A stretch of DNA of 64,000 bases from Erysipelotrichaceae bacterium (GCA_015059065.1 SVBE01000002.1:94835-158834), one strand, 5' to 3'. Shown: positions 37,184 to 47,666, counted from the first letter of the stretch. Translations and numbers: made by a program. Notes: generated from the sequence alone by a model not told the origin.

Positions 37184-37208
37184 AAGAAAAGAGGAGGACG
37201 AGCCTCCT

Positions 37209-39386
37209 TTATTCTCCTTTATTTTCGTCGTTTCTGATGTCAGTACGGCGTGGTTTCTTTTCAACGTTTGAGGTCTTTTTTTCCGCTGGCTTTTTAGTAG
37301 TTCTAGCCTTAGTGGATTTTGGCTTTGCTACTTGAGCTTCAGCTGGTTTATTTTCCTCAGTTTTAATTTCGACATCTTTTACTTCAGCATCGATAACTTC
37401 TTGCTTCACTTCATCGCGTTTGAGGTGACCATTTTCTAATAAATAGTCAATCTCTTCAGCGGTGATTTGTTCGTGCTCAATTAAGGTTTGTGCGATGAGT
37501 TCAACTTCATCTTTGTACTTTCTAATTAAACGTAAAGCTTCTTCGTGAGCGTCATCGATGATCTTTCTAATTTCGGCATCGATTTGTTCCGCTGTTGCTA
37601 AAGAGAAGTTCTTTTGTGTATTAGTGTAGTCTCTTCCAAGGAAGACGCTACCAGTATCTCTTTCATATTGGACAGGTCCTAAAGCAGACATACCGAGTTC
37701 AGTGACCATCATTCTGGCGATATTAGTGGCCATCTCGATATCGTTTTGCGCGCCTGTAGAAATATCATCAAAGAATACTTCTTCAGAACTACGTCCACCT
37801 AAATAACCGACGATACGCGCTTCGAGTTCGCGCTTAGTGAGCAAGAATCTATCTTCCTCAGGTGTCATACGGACGTGACCGCCTGTATTACCACGTGGGA
37901 TGATAGTAATCTTTTGCACTTTATCACTATGTGGATATTTAAGACCGATGATCGCGTGACCAGCTTCATGGTGAGCCACCACATCTTTTTCATGTGGAGT
38001 CAAACTACGTGAAGACTTGGCAGGACCCGCGACACGTCTATCGATAGCTTCATCGATTTCATCAATACCAATAGTTGGCTTATTCTTACGAACAGCAAGG
38101 ATAGCTGCTTCGTTTAAGATATTTTCAATATCGGCACCAGAGAAGCCAACTGTACGTTTTGCTAAGTTAGTGAAGTTGACATCTGGATCGATATTCTTAT
38201 TTCTCGCATGGACTTTGAAGATATCTTCTCTACCTTTTCTATCTGGTAAAGAAACAGTGATTGTTCTATCAAAACGTCCCGCTCTCATAAGGGCTGGGTC
38301 AAGGACATCGTCACGGTTAGTTGCAGCGATGACGATAATACCACTATTATCAGAGAAGCCATCCATCTCAACTAATAATTGGTTAAGAGTTTGTTCTCTT
38401 TCATCGTTACCACCACCTAAGCCAGCGCCTCTTTGTCTACCGACAGCATCGATTTCATCGATAAAGACTAAACATGGAGCGTTTGCTTTAGCAATTCTAA
38501 ACATATCTCTAACACGTCCAGCACCGACACCGACGAACATTTCGACGAAGTCAGAACCGGAAATGGAATAGAATGGAACGCCTGCTTCACCAGCAACAGC
38601 TTTGGCTAATAAAGTTTTACCACAACCTGGCGGCCCAACGAGAAGGACACCTTTTGGTAATTTGGCACCATATTTAGAATATTTCTTTGGTTCTTTTAAA
38701 TAAGAGACGAGTTCAACCATCTCGGCTTTTTCTTCATCGCATCCAGCGACATCATCAAATTTGACTTTGGAATTAGTTTCTTTTCTCGCTCTTGAACGGT
38801 TGAAGTCGAGGGCTTTTTGGTTAGTATTGCCAACGGATTTAGATAATCTAGAGAATAAGAAGAGAACGAGCAATAAGGATAAACCACCCATGATAATAGT
38901 TGGTCCCCATTGATCCCAGAAATTAGTGACATATGGGTCTCTAACAGTATATGTTAAGCCTTTTTTACCTTCCGCCACTTTAGCAATAATCAAGCTATCA
39001 ATAGATTGACCTGCTGGAGTGAAAATAGTCTCTTTAGTAGTCTCATTAGTGTAAGTATATTGATGTTGGGTGTCATAGTAAGTATCCCATTGCACCGCAA
39101 CATAATAACGACCAGTTCTTGTTACATTATTCTTATCCGCATATTCATATTTACCTTCAAGAACAACTAAAGTTTGCTCTTTAGGAGTGGATTCAATAGT
39201 TAAAACTCTATCGTTTTCAAGTGCTTGAATAAATTGTATTTCGTTTAATGTCGTGGAGCTTGTGAATCTGCCAAATAAAAGCAAGGCCATCATCACTACA
39301 AGGCCAACCACTAATAAGAGGGATATGATAAAACCAACGGATATACCTCTTCTTTGAGGTTCTTGTTGTCTTGGATCATCGTCCAT
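37209..39386 (-). CDS. ftsH: ATP-dependent zinc metalloprotease FtsH
   Basis: 725 aa. TM helices, Walker A GPPGCGKTLLAKA, SRH region, zinc site HEAGHA. Confidence 0.97.
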   Translation of the reverse strand: MDDDPRQQEPQRRGISVGFIISLLLVVGLVVMMALLLFGRFTSSTTLNEIQFIQALENDRVLTIESTPKEQTLVVLEGKYEYADKNNVTRTGRYYVAVQWDTYYDTQHQYTYTNETTKETIFTPAGQSIDSLIIAKVAEGKKGLTYTVRDPYVTNFWDQWGPTIIMGGLSLLLVLFLFSRLSKSVGNTNQKALDFNRSRARKETNSKVKFDDVAGCDEEKAEMVELVSYLKEPKKYSKYGAKLPKGVLLVGPPGCGKTLLAKAVAGEAGVPFYSISGSDFVEMFVGVGAGRVRDMFRIAKANAPCLVFIDEIDAVGRQRGAGLGGGNDEREQTLNQLLVEMDGFSDNSGIIVIAATNRDDVLDPALMRAGRFDRTITVSLPDRKGREDIFKVHARNKNIDPDVNFTNLAKRTVGFSGADIENILNEAAILAVRKNKPTIGIDEIDEAIDRRVAGPAKSSRSLTPHEKDVVAHHEAGHAIIGLKYPHSDKVQKITIIPRGNTGGHVRMTPEEDRFLLTKRELEARIVGYLGGRSSEEVFFDDISTGAQNDIEMATNIARMMVTELGMSALGPVQYERDTGSVFLGRDYTNTQKNFSLATAEQIDAEIRKIIDDAHEEALRLIRKYKDEVELIAQTLIEHEQITAEEIDYLLENGHLKRDEVKQEVIDAEVKDVEIKTEENKPAEAQVAKPKSTKARTTKKPAEKKTSNVEKKPRRTDIRNDENKGE

Positions 39387-39455
39387 ATTAGTACCTCCTT
39401 CTTTAATTAGTACTCTACATTCTAAGAATGTTCCTAGTAATTATATTAGTAAAAG

Positions 39456-40676
39456 TCACTTTTTCAAAGCAAAACAACTTTTAATATAAAAGTATTTATC
39501 TTTATTTAGATTAAAATCGCTTTGATAACGAGGGATATAAATGACTTCATTGTCGTGAACAAATAGAGGCCAAATCTTTCTTAAGTGCATCGGCATCTTC
39601 CAATCGATGAATAAGCGATTGACCGGAACAGAATAATTCTTAATCTTATACTCATCACCTTTTTGATAAGGTCTAATTGTAATTGGATAATCCTTGATAC
39701 CTTTTGCTTCTCCTCTTTTTTCTAAATCAAAGTAGAATAGTTCGTTATCAATAAAGCATGGAGAGTCAACAACGATTGGTTCAAAAGTACCCATTGTTCT
39801 CACGGATAAAGAGTCATATTCTTTGCATAAATAGAAATCATCTTTTAAAGGAATAAGGACATTCGACTTGGATGAGGAGCAAACCTTTTTCACTTCATTG
39901 ACAAAGCGTAATGAGCATTCATATTCTGGAAGTTTTTCTCTCACCATATCATTAAGCGCATACGCCATCTCAATTGGAGTAAGAGTAAGGAGAAAATCGA
40001 TGGAATGAATATCGTTATCATTTAACTTACACTTGATATCGCTGAGCTTTTTATTTTCCTCTTCAATTTCTTTCGCTAGTTGCTCTTTTTTATAATGGTT
40101 ATAGTATTTTAATAATTCGTTTCTAATGCGGTTTCTTAAGAAGACGTTTTCAAGATTAGTGACATCGATTGAATATGGTATTTTATGATCGTTGTTGTAT
40201 TTGATGATATCCTCTTTATAAATATCTAATAAAGGACGAATGACCACCATCCCATTAATCATAGTTTCTGGAGATATGCCATAAAAATTAGGGAGGTTTT
40301 TGCGTTCTTTTTGCATCAAATATGTCTCTAAATTGTCATCTTTATGGTGAGCGACTAATAAAGCATCAAAACCATCTCGATCATAAACATTCTTAAAAAA
40401 TTTGTATCTGATTTCTCGCGCTTCTTCTTCTAGATTAGAAACGATTGCTTCAGTATTAACATAGACATAAATTCCAATGTTATATTTATAGCAATAATCC
40501 CTTAATGATTTCTCTTCCTCATCGCTTTCTTTACGGAAACGATAATTGACGTGAGCGACTGCAAATTTATAACCTTCATTTCTTAATAGTTCTAAAAGGT
40601 ACATTGAGTCTGGACCATAGGAACAAGCTAATAAATATTTCTTATTTTTATCTAAATTAAGCATCGACTTTTTCAT
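39456..40676 (-). CDS. tilS: tRNA(Ile)-lysidine synthase
   Basis: 406 aa. PP-loop variant LLACSYGPDSMYLL, AHVNYRFR. Conserved position between the S4/mfd genes and ftsH. Confidence 0.85.
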   Translation of the reverse strand: MKKSMLNLDKNKKYLLACSYGPDSMYLLELLRNEGYKFAVAHVNYRFRKESDEEEKSLRDYCYKYNIGIYVYVNTEAIVSNLEEEAREIRYKFFKNVYDRDGFDALLVAHHKDDNLETYLMQKERKNLPNFYGISPETMINGMVVIRPLLDIYKEDIIKYNNDHKIPYSIDVTNLENVFLRNRIRNELLKYYNHYKKEQLAKEIEEENKKLSDIKCKLNDNDIHSIDFLLTLTPIEMAYALNDMVREKLPEYECSLRFVNEVKKVCSSSKSNVLIPLKDDFYLCKEYDSLSVRTMGTFEPIVVDSPCFIDNELFYFDLEKRGEAKGIKDYPITIRPYQKGDEYKIKNYSVPVNRLFIDWKMPMHLRKIWPLFVHDNEVIYIPRYQSDFNLNKDKYFYIKSCFALKK

Positions 40677-40908
40677 CCTCCGTTAAAGTATATCCAACGT
40701 AGACAATGCGACCTTCTCTTCTAAGTGAGACCTGCATTCTAATATCTCTTTCTCCGTATTTCACGGTGACATAATCACCATCTTTAACTTCACTTGATGG
40801 CTTACCAACTCGATCATTAATCATCACTAAACCACGTTCACAAAAATATTTCGCGACCGTGCGTCTTTTGATGATACCTGAATGTTTTAAACAAAGATCT
40901 AATCTCAT
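40657..40908 (-). CDS. S4-domain RNA-binding protein (Hsp15/YabO-like)
   Basis: 83 aa. RLDLCLKHSGIIKRRTVAKYFCERGLVMINDRVGKPSSEVKDGD is an S4 domain. Overlaps the mfd stop and the tilS start. Confidence 0.8.
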   Translation of the reverse strand: MRLDLCLKHSGIIKRRTVAKYFCERGLVMINDRVGKPSSEVKDGDYVTVKYGERDIRMQVSLRREGRIVYVGYTLTEDEKVDA

Positions 40909-43900
40909 CTTATCTCCACCGTTTTATTCGTCTTTTTAATCGTGATTAATCTATGAAGTATGCCTTCTAGATCGCTGAGAACATCGGGTCCCTTATTAAT
41001 CATAATCTGGAACTCCTGTTTAGCATATCTTACCTTAATTTTATTTAAATAAGGTATGAGAGTTTCAAAAAGTATATTTCCAATGCCTCTAATATTGATA
41101 TAAGGTTCTCCTAAAGTTATTTCCACATATCGATAAGAATCATCAACCTTTAAGACATTGCTTTCTTTTATTAATAATTCAATGCTTCGTTTGCTAAAGA
41201 CAAGCTCAACGCTCTCTGGTAGTTTACCATATATGTCTTCAACTTTTCTTTTTAAAGCAAGGAGAGATTCATTAGAAGAAGCAGATATAATCTCTTGATA
41301 TAATTCAATCTTATCAGGGTCACTCGCGTATTCTTCAGGGATATAAGCATCGAATTTAATCGCTAATCTAGTGACATCAACATCATCAACAGGTTTATCA
41401 AGACTTCCCTCAACTTTTTCTAATACTGCTTCATTAAGAAGCTTCAAATATAAATCTAAACCAATAGAATCAATATAACCGGCTTGTTCTGGACCTAAGA
41501 TATCTCCTGCACCTCTAATCATCAAATCCCTTTGAGCGATGCGATAACCACTACCAAGTTCAGTGAAATCTTGGATGGCCTTTAATCTCTTCTGCACTTT
41601 TTCATTCATCATCTTATGCTCATTGAACATCAAATAGGCATAAGCGATGCGATCACTACGTCCAACACGACCTTTGATTTGATAAAGCTGGCTTAAGCCA
41701 TATCTTTCGCTGTCTTCAACAATGATCGTATTCGCATTTGGGATATCGATACCGTTTTCAATGATGGACGTACAAACTAAAACATCGATTAGACCGTTAT
41801 AATAATTCATCATGATCTCTTCAAGGTCTTCTTTATCCATCTGCCCATGTACTACGCCTATCGTGATATCTGGTAAAGCTTTTTGTAAACGGCTCGCGCA
41901 GGTATATAAAGTAGAGATGTTATTATGCATATAGAAGACTTGTCCACCTCTACCAAGTTCTCTTTCAATAAGTTCTTTACATATTTCAAATTTATAAGGA
42001 ATGACATAAGTTTGAATTGGCATTCTATCTACAGGTGCAGTCTGAATTTGAGATAGACTTCTCACTCCTAAAAGCGACATCTGTAGAGTACGAGGAATTG
42101 GGGTGGCACTTAAAGTTAGAACATCGACATTTCTTTTTAATTCTTTTAACTTTTCTTTTTGTTCAACACCGAATCTTTGCTCTTCATCGATAACCAATAA
42201 ACCAAGATCTTTAAAGACTATTTTTTCAGACAATAAACGATGTGTGCCAATCGCAAAATGGATGGTTCCATCTTTTAAACCTTCCATATATTTTTTCTGG
42301 TCTTTTGCAGAAATTAAGCGGGAAAATACAGCGATTTTTATATCAAAACCCTTAAATCTTTCTAAAGCATTTTCGTAATGTTGTCTCGCTAATAAGGTGG
42401 TTGGACAAAGCATCGCAACTTGTTTTCCAGAAGATATCGCTTTAAAGATCGCACGGAAAGCTACCTCTGTTTTTCCAAAGCCGACATCACCGCATAAAAG
42501 TCTATCCATCGGATGAGTGGACTGCATATCATTTTTAATTTCCATAACAGCTTTTTTCTGATCTTCTGTAAGTTCAAATTCACATTGATCTTCAAACTGT
42601 TTTTGGAAGGTATCATCTTCTTGGAAGGCATAACCGATTTGTTTGCTTCTTTCGACATAAAGATTGTAAAGACGATTCGCTAAATCATTGATCTTCTCTT
42701 TAATCTTCTTTTTAGTGTTCTCCCAATCTTTCCCGTGTAGATGAGATAAACGTGGGGAACTACCTTCCTTACCCTGATATTTTCTCACGAGTTGGAACTG
42801 TGCTAATGGGACATAGAGTATCTCACCACCAAAATAAGCACATTTAAGGTAGTCGCGATGCATCCCATCAATCTCTAAAGTCTGTAATTCTAAGAATTGC
42901 CCAATCCCGTGGTATTCGTGAACGATATAATCCCCTGGTTCAAGTTCTTCAAAGTTCTTGATAATCGTACCTTTTTTAAATCTTGTATCAAATCTGCTTG
43001 TCTTAATCTTTTCATTAAATAATTCACTGGAACTAAGCAAGGCATATTTCTCTTCGTTAAGAACAAATCCACGAGGAATAGATAATAACATCACATTCAC
43101 AGTCCCTTTTTCTGGTAGTTCAAAATTAGAAACCACTTTCATTGGTATCTTTTCTTTATATAGAAGCTCAGAAATAAGGTTTAACTGTTCTGATGTATGT
43201 AAACAAATTTGTAAGAGATATCCATCGTTTAAATAATTATGGATGATATTAACAGCATCACTCTCCTTATTCGTGGTATATGGTACAGATCGACATGCGA
43301 AAGTGATATCAGTATTATGTTTTAAAAATACGGATGTTTTAATGCTGTGGCATTTGCTATTAAAGACCACGCTATTTAAGTCGCGATACATCTCTAGATG
43401 AGAGATAATCTTTCCTTCTTCAAACATCTCTTCTAATAGATGGAAAGATTCATCTTGAAGGAGCTTATCGGATTGATCAATCGCATCATCATCAACGTAA
43501 ACAAGGGTTGGTTCATCTAAATAATTTAGTAAAGAAGAATAATGATTGGTGAGGAAGGAGAAATATTTATAACTACGACTAGTAGATGCTCCTTCTAAGA
43601 TATCCACCATGTCGTTATCAATCGAATTTCTCAGTCTTTCAAAGGTTGGATAATCTAATACTTTTTGATCCTTCTCTAACTGAGCGTATATCTTCTCACT
43701 AGCTTGCGCAATTTCTTCATCAGTCAGAATGAAATCGCGAGCAGGAATAATCTCCACTTCATCAATCTTTTTAGAAGAGATTTGAGTCGCGATATCAAAG
43801 AGTCTAATGGAGTCAACTTCTTCTCCAAATAACTCAATACGAATTGGATTATCGAGGTTAATTGAATAGATGTCGATAATATCACCACGAATCGCAAACT

Positions 43901-44348
43901 GTAACGATTGGTTCACCTTGCTAACGCGTGAATAACCAGAGTTAACAAGTTTTCTTTTTAAGGATTCAATATCTAAAATATCACCGATTTTAATTTCAAT
44001 ATTATTTTCAAAAAAGACCTCTTTTTGCGGTAAATATCTGCAAATCCCAGCGATATTTGTAATTATTATTTTATGTTGATTATATTTTAATTGGTTAAGG
44101 GTAAAGACTCTCGCGGATAATAGCTCTTTACTCTCTGCAACCGTCTCCGCTCTAATGAGTTCATCCCCTGGGAATAACAAAACATCGCTTTGATTAATGA
44201 AGGTTAAAATGAAATCATATAATAATTGAGCTTTATATAAGTTAGAAGTGAGCAAAACAATCGGACCTTTATTGTTTTTAAAATAGGTGATTGAAAGTAA
44301 AGAAATTCCCGCGATATCGTCTATGACAAAATGCCCTTTTTTCTTCAA
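40905..44348 (-). CDS. mfd: Transcription-repair coupling factor
   Basis: 1147 aa. UvrB-like N-terminus, RNAP-interaction region, SF2 motifs (CGDVGFGKTEVA, DEEQRFG), TRG region. Confidence 0.95.
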   Translation of the reverse strand: MKKKGHFVIDDIAGISLLSITYFKNNKGPIVLLTSNLYKAQLLYDFILTFINQSDVLLFPGDELIRAETVAESKELLSARVFTLNQLKYNQHKIIITNIAGICRYLPQKEVFFENNIEIKIGDILDIESLKRKLVNSGYSRVSKVNQSLQFAIRGDIIDIYSINLDNPIRIELFGEEVDSIRLFDIATQISSKKIDEVEIIPARDFILTDEEIAQASEKIYAQLEKDQKVLDYPTFERLRNSIDNDMVDILEGASTSRSYKYFSFLTNHYSSLLNYLDEPTLVYVDDDAIDQSDKLLQDESFHLLEEMFEEGKIISHLEMYRDLNSVVFNSKCHSIKTSVFLKHNTDITFACRSVPYTTNKESDAVNIIHNYLNDGYLLQICLHTSEQLNLISELLYKEKIPMKVVSNFELPEKGTVNVMLLSIPRGFVLNEEKYALLSSSELFNEKIKTSRFDTRFKKGTIIKNFEELEPGDYIVHEYHGIGQFLELQTLEIDGMHRDYLKCAYFGGEILYVPLAQFQLVRKYQGKEGSSPRLSHLHGKDWENTKKKIKEKINDLANRLYNLYVERSKQIGYAFQEDDTFQKQFEDQCEFELTEDQKKAVMEIKNDMQSTHPMDRLLCGDVGFGKTEVAFRAIFKAISSGKQVAMLCPTTLLARQHYENALERFKGFDIKIAVFSRLISAKDQKKYMEGLKDGTIHFAIGTHRLLSEKIVFKDLGLLVIDEEQRFGVEQKEKLKELKRNVDVLTLSATPIPRTLQMSLLGVRSLSQIQTAPVDRMPIQTYVIPYKFEICKELIERELGRGGQVFYMHNNISTLYTCASRLQKALPDITIGVVHGQMDKEDLEEIMMNYYNGLIDVLVCTSIIENGIDIPNANTIIVEDSERYGLSQLYQIKGRVGRSDRIAYAYLMFNEHKMMNEKVQKRLKAIQDFTELGSGYRIAQRDLMIRGAGDILGPEQAGYIDSIGLDLYLKLLNEAVLEKVEGSLDKPVDDVDVTRLAIKFDAYIPEEYASDPDKIELYQEIISASSNESLLALKRKVEDIYGKLPESVELVFSKRSIELLIKESNVLKVDDSYRYVEITLGEPYINIRGIGNILFETLIPYLNKIKVRYAKQEFQIMINKGPDVLSDLEGILHRLITIKKTNKTVEIR

Positions 44349-44407
44349 AAAGGGGGAGGTTGCAACATTATTTTTTACTAGTTCAAATAGGTCCGTTAAG
44401 CATCACC

Positions 44408-44959
44408 TCAGTTATAATTATTCATCGCTACTTCAAAGCCTCTTTTTAAATAGAGGAGAAGCGCGTCTTTCGCATTTGTAATCGCTTGATCAATCAATTC
44501 TTTTTCTTCTTTAAGTGGTTTACCTAAGACATAATCAATCGCGTTATCTTCTGGTTCACCGATACCGACTCTAATTCTTTTGATTTTGTCTGTACCGAGT
44601 TGCTCAATGATATTCTGCATTCCTTTTTGACCGCCACTAGAACCCGATAAGCGTAATCTAATCGTACCAGGGGCTAATGCCATATCATCATAGACAACAA
44701 CCACATCATTAATATCGATTTTAAAATAATTAACAACTTCTCTAACCGCATTACCGCTTAAGTTCATAAAAGTTGTTGGTTTAAATAGCATCACATCTTG
44801 GTCAAGTATTTTTCCTCTACCCAATAATCCTTGAAAAACTTCTCTATCGACATCAACCTTGCTGACATCGCTTAAAAGGTCAATGGTCATAAAGCCCATA
44901 TTGTGCCTTGTGCCCTCATATTTTTTTCCTGGATTGCCTAAACCGACGATTAATTTCAT
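44408..44959 (-). CDS. pth: Peptidyl-tRNA hydrolase
   Basis: 183 aa. MKLIVGLGNPGKKYEGTRHNMGF is the canonical Pth start. Confidence 0.95.
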   Translation of the reverse strand: MKLIVGLGNPGKKYEGTRHNMGFMTIDLLSDVSKVDVDREVFQGLLGRGKILDQDVMLFKPTTFMNLSGNAVREVVNYFKIDINDVVVVYDDMALAPGTIRLRLSGSSGGQKGMQNIIEQLGTDKIKRIRVGIGEPEDNAIDYVLGKPLKEEKELIDQAITNAKDALLLYLKRGFEVAMNNYN

Positions 44960-45004
44960 AACACTATTATACTTATAACTAATTTATTTTATAATAAAGA
45001 TTGT

Positions 45005-45973
45005 ATGAAAAGCTTTTTAAAGAGACTATTTGCCGGTATGGCTATTGGAGTCGGCGCTGCTATCCCTGGTGTTTCTGGGGCTGCCGTGGCTCTTATCTTC
45101 CGCATTTATGAAGATTTGATCAACGCCATCAACTCATTTAGAACTCATATCAAAGATTCAATCGTTATTCTGTTGCCAATCCTTCTTGGGATCATTCTTG
45201 CAGTCATTCCTTGCATTTATTTATTCTCATTAGCGTTTGAACATTTGATGTTTGTTCTCATTTCAATGTTTGTTGGTTTCTTAGTGGGCTCACTTCCATC
45301 TGTTACCGATGAAATAAAAGGGATAAAACCAACTAAGAAATATGTTGCAATATTTATTATCGCGATTATCTTTGTTGCTTTAATGGGCATTGGAAGCGTT
45401 TTCCTCGGTCCAAAAATCGATTTAGATGCACAGTTTACAGCGATGCCATTATGGATGTATTTCATCTTAATCCCTGTTGGCATTTTAGCCGCAGTTGCTT
45501 TATCCGTTCCTGGTTTATCCGGTTCTCTCATCTTATTAGTGATTGGCTTTTATCGCCCACTTGTGGACCACGCACGTTTATGGGCAGGCGATATCGTTAA
45601 AACTGGTGATTGGTCTAACTTTGGCAAACTAATCGGTATGGTTGGCTGCTTTGCCATCGGCTGCATTATCGGTGTTGTCCTCATCTCTAAACTAATGAGA
45701 ATGCTACTAGATAGATATCATGATGGCACATATGTCGCGATTACTGGTTTCATTATCGGTTCTATCTTTGCTTTATATTTCAATTATGAAATTTATAATT
45801 ACTATCTCAACTGGGCAGGCGTTAGCCATGTCGGCGCGGAAATCAACCCAATCATGCCAATCTATGTTGAAATACCGTTGGGTATTGTAATCACAATCTT
45901 ATGTGCTTTTGGCTCATACCAAATCGTCAGATATCAAAGAAAACTTAAAAACGAACAAAATACAAACGAATAA
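45005..45973 (+). CDS. DUF368-family membrane protein (family recently linked to undecaprenyl-phosphate translocation)
   Basis: 322 aa polytopic protein. Duplicated PGVSG(A/S) motif (AIPGVSGAAVALI and SVPGLSGSLILL), characteristic of DUF368. Confidence 0.7.
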   Translation: MKSFLKRLFAGMAIGVGAAIPGVSGAAVALIFRIYEDLINAINSFRTHIKDSIVILLPILLGIILAVIPCIYLFSLAFEHLMFVLISMFVGFLVGSLPSVTDEIKGIKPTKKYVAIFIIAIIFVALMGIGSVFLGPKIDLDAQFTAMPLWMYFILIPVGILAAVALSVPGLSGSLILLVIGFYRPLVDHARLWAGDIVKTGDWSNFGKLIGMVGCFAIGCIIGVVLISKLMRMLLDRYHDGTYVAITGFIIGSIFALYFNYEIYNYYLNWAGVSHVGAEINPIMPIYVEIPLGIVITILCAFGSYQIVRYQRKLKNEQNTNE

Positions 45974-45991
45974 TAAGTTATTCCCTACAGA

Positions 45992-46669
45992 CTATGCTTC
46001 GAAAATAGTGTTTTTGGTGCCTTTATAATATGCTTCTACTGCTTTTATGTGATCAGGAGCAAAAAGAGGCGGTATTTCTTCCTTAGAACAGAATTTAAGT
46101 TCAGATGACTCTTCATCTATTCTTAGGTCACCTCCCTCTATCTCAAACACATAATACGCTCCAATGGTGTGTGCTTTATCACCGTTGCCCCACACCATAT
46201 TTTGATTATGGAATATACCGAGAAAATATTTGGGTTTAACATCTAATCCTGTCTCTTCTTTTATTTCACGAATAGCAGCTTCCAAATATGTTTCATTGAG
46301 TTCCAATAGTCCACCAGGAAGTCCCCATTTATTGTTATCAGTTCGATGTTGGAAAAGAATCTTCCCATCTTTTTCAACTATTCCACCCGCGCAATTAAGG
46401 ATGATTTTTTGGTCACCTAAATATTTTCTTATTCTTTTAACGTAATTTTTATCATCATAAATCTTCTTTTCTAGAAAAAGCTCGTTTGCATCAATGTTAA
46501 ATTTATCAATTAATAATGCAATCTTGTCATTGCTCATTTCTGTTTCGCCCTTTTCAATATGGGCAATCATGGATTTATCTTTATAGCCAAAAATCTGTGC
46601 AAATTCTAATTGAGTAAGATTATTCTTTTTACGAATTTCTTTTATCTTTTTACCAAAATGAAGACTCAT
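45992..46669 (-). CDS. XRE-type HTH fused to a NUDIX hydrolase domain
   Basis: N-terminal HTH (IRKKNNLTQLEFAQIFGYKDKSMIAHIEKG). Nudix box GLPGGLLELNETYLEAAIREIKEETG. I prefer the ATG at 46669 (MSLHFGKK) directly after the RhuM stop. The track start at 46693 is a TTG inside the RhuM gene. Confidence 0.8.
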   Translation of the reverse strand: MSLHFGKKIKEIRKKNNLTQLEFAQIFGYKDKSMIAHIEKGETEMSNDKIALLIDKFNIDANELFLEKKIYDDKNYVKRIRKYLGDQKIILNCAGGIVEKDGKILFQHRTDNNKWGLPGGLLELNETYLEAAIREIKEETGLDVKPKYFLGIFHNQNMVWGNGDKAHTIGAYYVFEIEGGDLRIDEESSELKFCSKEEIPPLFAPDHIKAVEAYYKGTKNTIFEA

Positions 46670-46670
46670 A

Positions 46671-47666
46671 CTATTTGTTATCCTTTTTCTCAATTAATAG
46701 GAGTTCATTAAAATGAAGAAGCATTTCTTTTTCATTTTCCGTAGGATTAACAAATAGCCTATTTCTAAATGCATCGTATTCTTTTCTCGCATGTTCTAGT
46801 GCATCTTGATGGGAAACTAATCCCGGTCCATTTAAGATGTCCTTTCTTGTCATAGTTAAGAAATAGTCCAATTCTTTAATCCAGTCGTTCATCGTCATCA
46901 CGTGTTCTTCAAGTGCTTGTAATTCTGCAAAGTCGAGATATAAAGAAACGATTCTATTTAATATATCCATCTCTTCTTTAGATAGATAATTTTTAGCCAC
47001 TACTGCATCTTCCAACAAAGGATAATCACCATTAAATGAAGTTAACCCCATGAAGTCTTTTGAAGCATCTGCTCTTTCTTTGATGATTTCTGCAGTAGTA
47101 TGTCCATGAGCGGCCCAATGCATTTTATTTTGCACAGTCGAAAAGAACTTGTAAGCAACTTCTGATTTAGGGTCATAATCTGAACTAGTTGCAAAAATAT
47201 CGAGAACTTGTCTCCAAAACACCTTTTCACTGCTTCTAATATCGCGGATTCTCGCTAATAATTCTTTAAAATAACGTCCGCCACCCGCTTCTTTAAGGAG
47301 GTTATCATTAAGGGCAAAGCCTTTAGTCATATATTCTTTTAGTGTTTCAGTTGCCCACTTTCTAAAGTTTGTACCTATATTACTTCTAACTCTATAACCA
47401 ATAGCGATAATCATGTCCAAGTTATAATGATTAACGTTACGTATCACTTCACGTTCACCTTCATTTTGAACTATTCGGAATTTCCGAACAGTTGAGTTTT
47501 CATCTAGTTCGCCTTCGTCCAAAATGTGTTTGATGTGTTCAGAAATATTAGATTTGCTTGATTGATATAATGAAACCAATTGATCTTGAGTCATCCAGAC
47601 ATTATTATCAATTAATTTAACTTCAACATTGTTATTATAGATAATTACCAAACCTTTTTCGTTCAT
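46671..47666 (-). CDS. RhuM-family protein
   Basis: 331 aa. VWMTQDQLVSLYQSSKSNISEHIKHILDEGEL ... VNHYNLDMIIAIGYRVRSNIGTNFRKWATETLKEY is the hallmark RhuM N-terminal region. Confidence 0.8.
   Translation of the reverse strand: MNEKGLVIIYNNNVEVKLIDNNVWMTQDQLVSLYQSSKSNISEHIKHILDEGELDENSTVRKFRIVQNEGEREVIRNVNHYNLDMIIAIGYRVRSNIGTNFRKWATETLKEYMTKGFALNDNLLKEAGGGRYFKELLARIRDIRSSEKVFWRQVLDIFATSSDYDPKSEVAYKFFSTVQNKMHWAAHGHTTAEIIKERADASKDFMGLTSFNGDYPLLEDAVVAKNYLSKEEMDILNRIVSLYLDFAELQALEEHVMTMNDWIKELDYFLTMTRKDILNGPGLVSHQDALEHARKEYDAFRNRLFVNPTENEKEMLLHFNELLLIEKKDNK

Noticed and set aside
37184-37264. Upstream extension of the dusB ORF (MKRNHAVLTSETTKIKENKGGSSSSFL)
   Set aside because: It lies inside the ftsH coding end in another frame. 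Conserved Dus sequence begins right after the ATG at 37183.
38017-38571. Antisense or alternative-frame ORFs inside strong genes. Examples: 38017..38571 in ftsH, 15733..16191 in GH3, 8681..9007 in the transporter gene, 11818..12219 in the ABC ATPase gene, 13382..13771 across the TA genes, 26857..27204 and 28015..28365 in the 527-aa gene
   Set aside because: Each is fully embedded opposite or out of frame with a gene that has clear family motifs. Their products are low-complexity or S/L/I-rich, typical of shadow ORFs.
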